In this document: piece after piece, positions 62,320 to 64,000 of the stretch
Position numbering within the stretch: position 1 is the first letter of the stretch
Layout: the number at the start of each line of letters is the position of its first letter
Assembly: GCA_038203025.1 (NCBI GenBank)
Contig: JBBREK010000002.1
Coordinates: 172-64,171, forward strand
From: Planctomycetota bacterium
Lineage (GTDB): Bacteria; Planctomycetota; UBA11346
Direction: 5' to 3'
Length of the DNA: 64,000 nt
The notes under the pieces: generated by a model
What the model saw: only the letters and a program-made list of their open reading frames with translations
What the model was told of the DNA's origin: nothing
Database searches by the model: none
Position numbers and translations under genes: made by a program

Positions 62320-62598
62320 TCAGCGGCCGTGGCCGAGCAGCAGGTCGGCAAGTTCCCCGGGGTCGGCGCGATAGCTGCCGTCGGCGATACGCTCCTTGAG
62401 CTCGTCGATGCGCTGCACGTCGGCCGGATTCATGTTTTTGAGAACGTCGACCAAGCGCGCCACGGCAGCGCTGTCCGACCCGGAGAAGGTCGCATCCGGC
62501 TTGCCGGCGTCGCTCGCCGGGCCGCTCTGGCCCCGGGCCGCGTCGATCTGGCGACGGCGGGCAGCGGGGTCGGGGGGGAATGCGCCGTGGATCTCCAT
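62320..62598 (-). CDS. FlgM-like anti-sigma-28 factor family protein
   Basis: The C-terminal VQRIDELKERIADGSYRADPGELADLLL resembles the FlgM C-terminus. The start is uncertain (ATG 62598 or TTG 62658). Confidence 0.5.
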   Translation of the reverse strand: MEIHGAFPPDPAARRRQIDAARGQSGPASDAGKPDATFSGSDSAAVARLVDVLKNMNPADVQRIDELKERIADGSYRADPGELADLLLGHGR

Positions 62599-62714
62599 GA
62601 TCACAGTATCGGGAGCCCTGCTGGTGGCTTGAGGAGGGATTGCCGAGACTTCGGACAAAGCCGGAGCAGCCCACGCAAGGCATTTGCCAGCAACGGCTTG
62701 TGCGGAAACCCGGG

Positions 62715-62742
62715 CCCAGGACCGCGGGCTTCAGCCCGCGTC
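62715..62742 (-). repeat. GC hairpin repeat copy downstream of the ferredoxin gene
   Basis: The plus strand reads cccaggaccgcgggcttcagcccgcgtc. Its reverse complement matches 42042-42067 over 26 nt. Confidence 0.8.
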
Positions 62743-62749
62743 GACCCCC

Positions 62750-63004
62750 CTACCCCTTCTCGAACTTGATCACCTCGACCGGGCACCCCTCGGCCGCCTC
62801 GATGATCTGGTCCTCCAGGGACGACCCCTGATCGGACTTCAGTGGCAGCTTGCCCTCCAGATTGGTGTCATCAGCGCCATCCTCACGCACCTCGCCACGG
62901 ATGTGGCAGGTGTCCTCGGTGACGTGGAAGACTTCGGGACAGGCGGTCTCGCAGGCGTTGCAGACGATGCAGCCGTCCTCGATCCAGACCTTGATGATGG
63001 CCAT
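62750..63004 (-). CDS. small ferredoxin (single 4Fe-4S-type cluster)
   Basis: MAIIKVWIEDGCIVCNACETACPEVFHVTEDTCHIRG...EAAEGCPVEVIKFEKG. Internal ATG of the 403-aa track ORF. Confidence 0.8.
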   Translation of the reverse strand: MAIIKVWIEDGCIVCNACETACPEVFHVTEDTCHIRGEVREDGADDTNLEGKLPLKSDQGSSLEDQIIEAAEGCPVEVIKFEKG

Positions 63005-63166
63005 GATGCTCTCCGTCGGGTGGGGGTGTATCCTGGAGGACGGCACCGCCAAGCCGGGATTCGTGCATGGAGGCCATGCGCGGAAGGTTGCGAGACCGGC
63101 GACACCTGGCATCTGACGCGGTCTTTGCGCGCTGGCCAGCGGGCGCTGGTCGTTAGCCTGCCGCGC

Positions 63167-64000
63167 ATGGCCATACGTAACCTCAAGAAGCCCATGCAGT
63201 ACCGTCCCTTCGGCCGTGGTGGGCCGGAGATCTCGGTGATCACCCTCGGCGGCATGCGCTACAAGCACGGCTGGGAGCAGCCGCGCGACCAGGTGCCCGC
63301 CGACATGCGCGAGCAGTGCGCACAGATGATCCGCCTGGCTCTCGACGCCGGGGTCAACCACATCGAGACCGCCTACGGCTACGGCAAGTCGGAGCACTGC
63401 TACGGCCTGGCCCTCAACGACGACCTCAAGGTGCCGCGCGACAGCTACTGGCTGATGACCAAGGGGGCGGCCAACACCGCCGACGACATGAAGCGCATGG
63501 TCGACGAGCAGCTCGCCGGCCTGAAGACCGATCACATCGACTTCTACGGCTGGCACGGCATCAACACCCAGGACCTGCGCCGTACCGCCACTGCCAAGGA
63601 TGGCCCGGTCGAGGCGCTGCACCGGCTCAAGGAGCAGGGCGTCATCGGCAAGGTCGGCTTCAGCACGCACGGCCCGCTCGACGTGGTCATGGACAGCGTC
63701 GCGACGGGAATGTTCGACTTCGTCAACCTGCACTACTACTACTTCTATCAGCGCCTGCGTGGCGTGGTCGACTACGCCGGCGCCAAGGGCCTGGGCGTGT
63801 TCATCATCTCGCCCAACGACAAGGGCGGCCAGCTGTTCAACGCCCCACCGCTGCTCAAGCAGCTGTGCGCGCCGCTGACCCCGATCCAGTTCAACGCCCG
63901 CTGGTGCCTGAAGCACCCCGAGATCAGTACCCTCAGCTTTGGCCTGACCGAACCGGCCCACGTCGAGGAGATGCTCGGCACCTTCCCGACCAGCGTGCCG
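63167..64000 (+). CDS. aldo/keto reductase family oxidoreductase (N-terminal 278 codons, runs off window end)
   Basis: My own translation gives MAIRNLKKPMQYRPFGRGGPEISVITLGGMRY...ALDAGVNHIETAYGYGKSE...LKTDHIDFYGWHGIN...VIGKVGFSTHG, with no stop before 64000. Confidence 0.8.
   Translation, partial: MAIRNLKKPMQYRPFGRGGPEISVITLGGMRYKHGWEQPRDQVPADMREQCAQMIRLALDAGVNHIETAYGYGKSEHCYGLALNDDLKVPRDSYWLMTKGAANTADDMKRMVDEQLAGLKTDHIDFYGWHGINTQDLRRTATAKDGPVEALHRLKEQGVIGKVGFSTHGPLDVVMDSVATGMFDFVNLHYYYFYQRLRGVVDYAGAKGLGVFIISPNDKGGQLFNAPPLLKQLCAPLTPIQFNARWCLKHPEISTLSFGLTEPAHVEEMLGTFPTSVP

Overview
Very GC-rich bacterial chromosomal window. The secreted-protein style, TPR/DUF4388/VWA content and a fused ccoNO hint at a PVC-type organism such as Verrucomicrobiota or Planctomycetota, but that is a low-confidence guess. 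All family calls come from reading the supplied translations, and my own translation of two edge genes, against remembered family signatures. No database search or folding program was available. Most long ORFs in the track are antisense shadow ORFs (Arg/Ala/Gly-rich) typical of high-GC DNA and were discarded. Gene content from left to right: (1) cbb3 oxidase operon on the minus strand, ccoS, fused ccoNO, ccoQ, monohaem ccoP and ccoG (1-3897). (2) AraC/PocR-like regulator, a polysaccharide pyruvyl transferase, and an IclR regulator co-transcribed with an FAD oxidoreductase carrying a discoidin-like tail (4047-9235). (3) An exopolysaccharide locus of about 20 kb (9333-30004). It holds a Wza-like exporter, an OMP, a Wzz/BY-kinase-like protein with a degenerate P-loop, a flippase, a second pyruvyl transferase, WecB/TagA and two GT4 transferases, a Wzy/O-antigen-ligase-like protein, a 1819-aa PA14/cadherin-like/Calx-beta/golvesin-like surface protein, the priming sugar transferase and UDP-glucuronate decarboxylase. 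(4) Glycogen genes: a 1438-aa GH13 plus amylo-1,6-glucosidase fusion, and glgB. These are interleaved with an AraC regulator, a bacteriohemerythrin, a nucleoside hydrolase, an MsbA-like ABC exporter, a beta-helix/CBM9-like protein, DUF2780 and a DUF4388-TPR protein. (5) A minus-strand STAS / VIT-VWA / VWA / OmpR-type regulator / histidine kinase string, preceded by tRNA-Pro(CGG) and tRNA-Gly(CCC). (6) ftsB-like gene, FGGY sugar kinase, a secreted hypothetical protein, a pentapeptide/coiled-coil membrane protein, a TPR protein, a FlgM-like protein, a ferredoxin and a partial aldo/keto reductase. No prophage, integrase, transposase, CRISPR array or recognisable defence system was seen. The most unusual signals are non-coding. 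(a) A conserved structured element of about 160 nt is present twice, each time sense-upstream of a gene (27183-27446 and 42421-42580). (b) Copy 1 of that element carries a GGA-rich decamer tandem array. (c) A GC hairpin repeat, GCGGGC-TGAA-GCCCGC plus a GGTCC tail, occurs at least 5 times, and its loop TGA twice serves as a gene's stop codon. (d) A heptamer-repeat long hairpin lies downstream of glgB (47503-47664).
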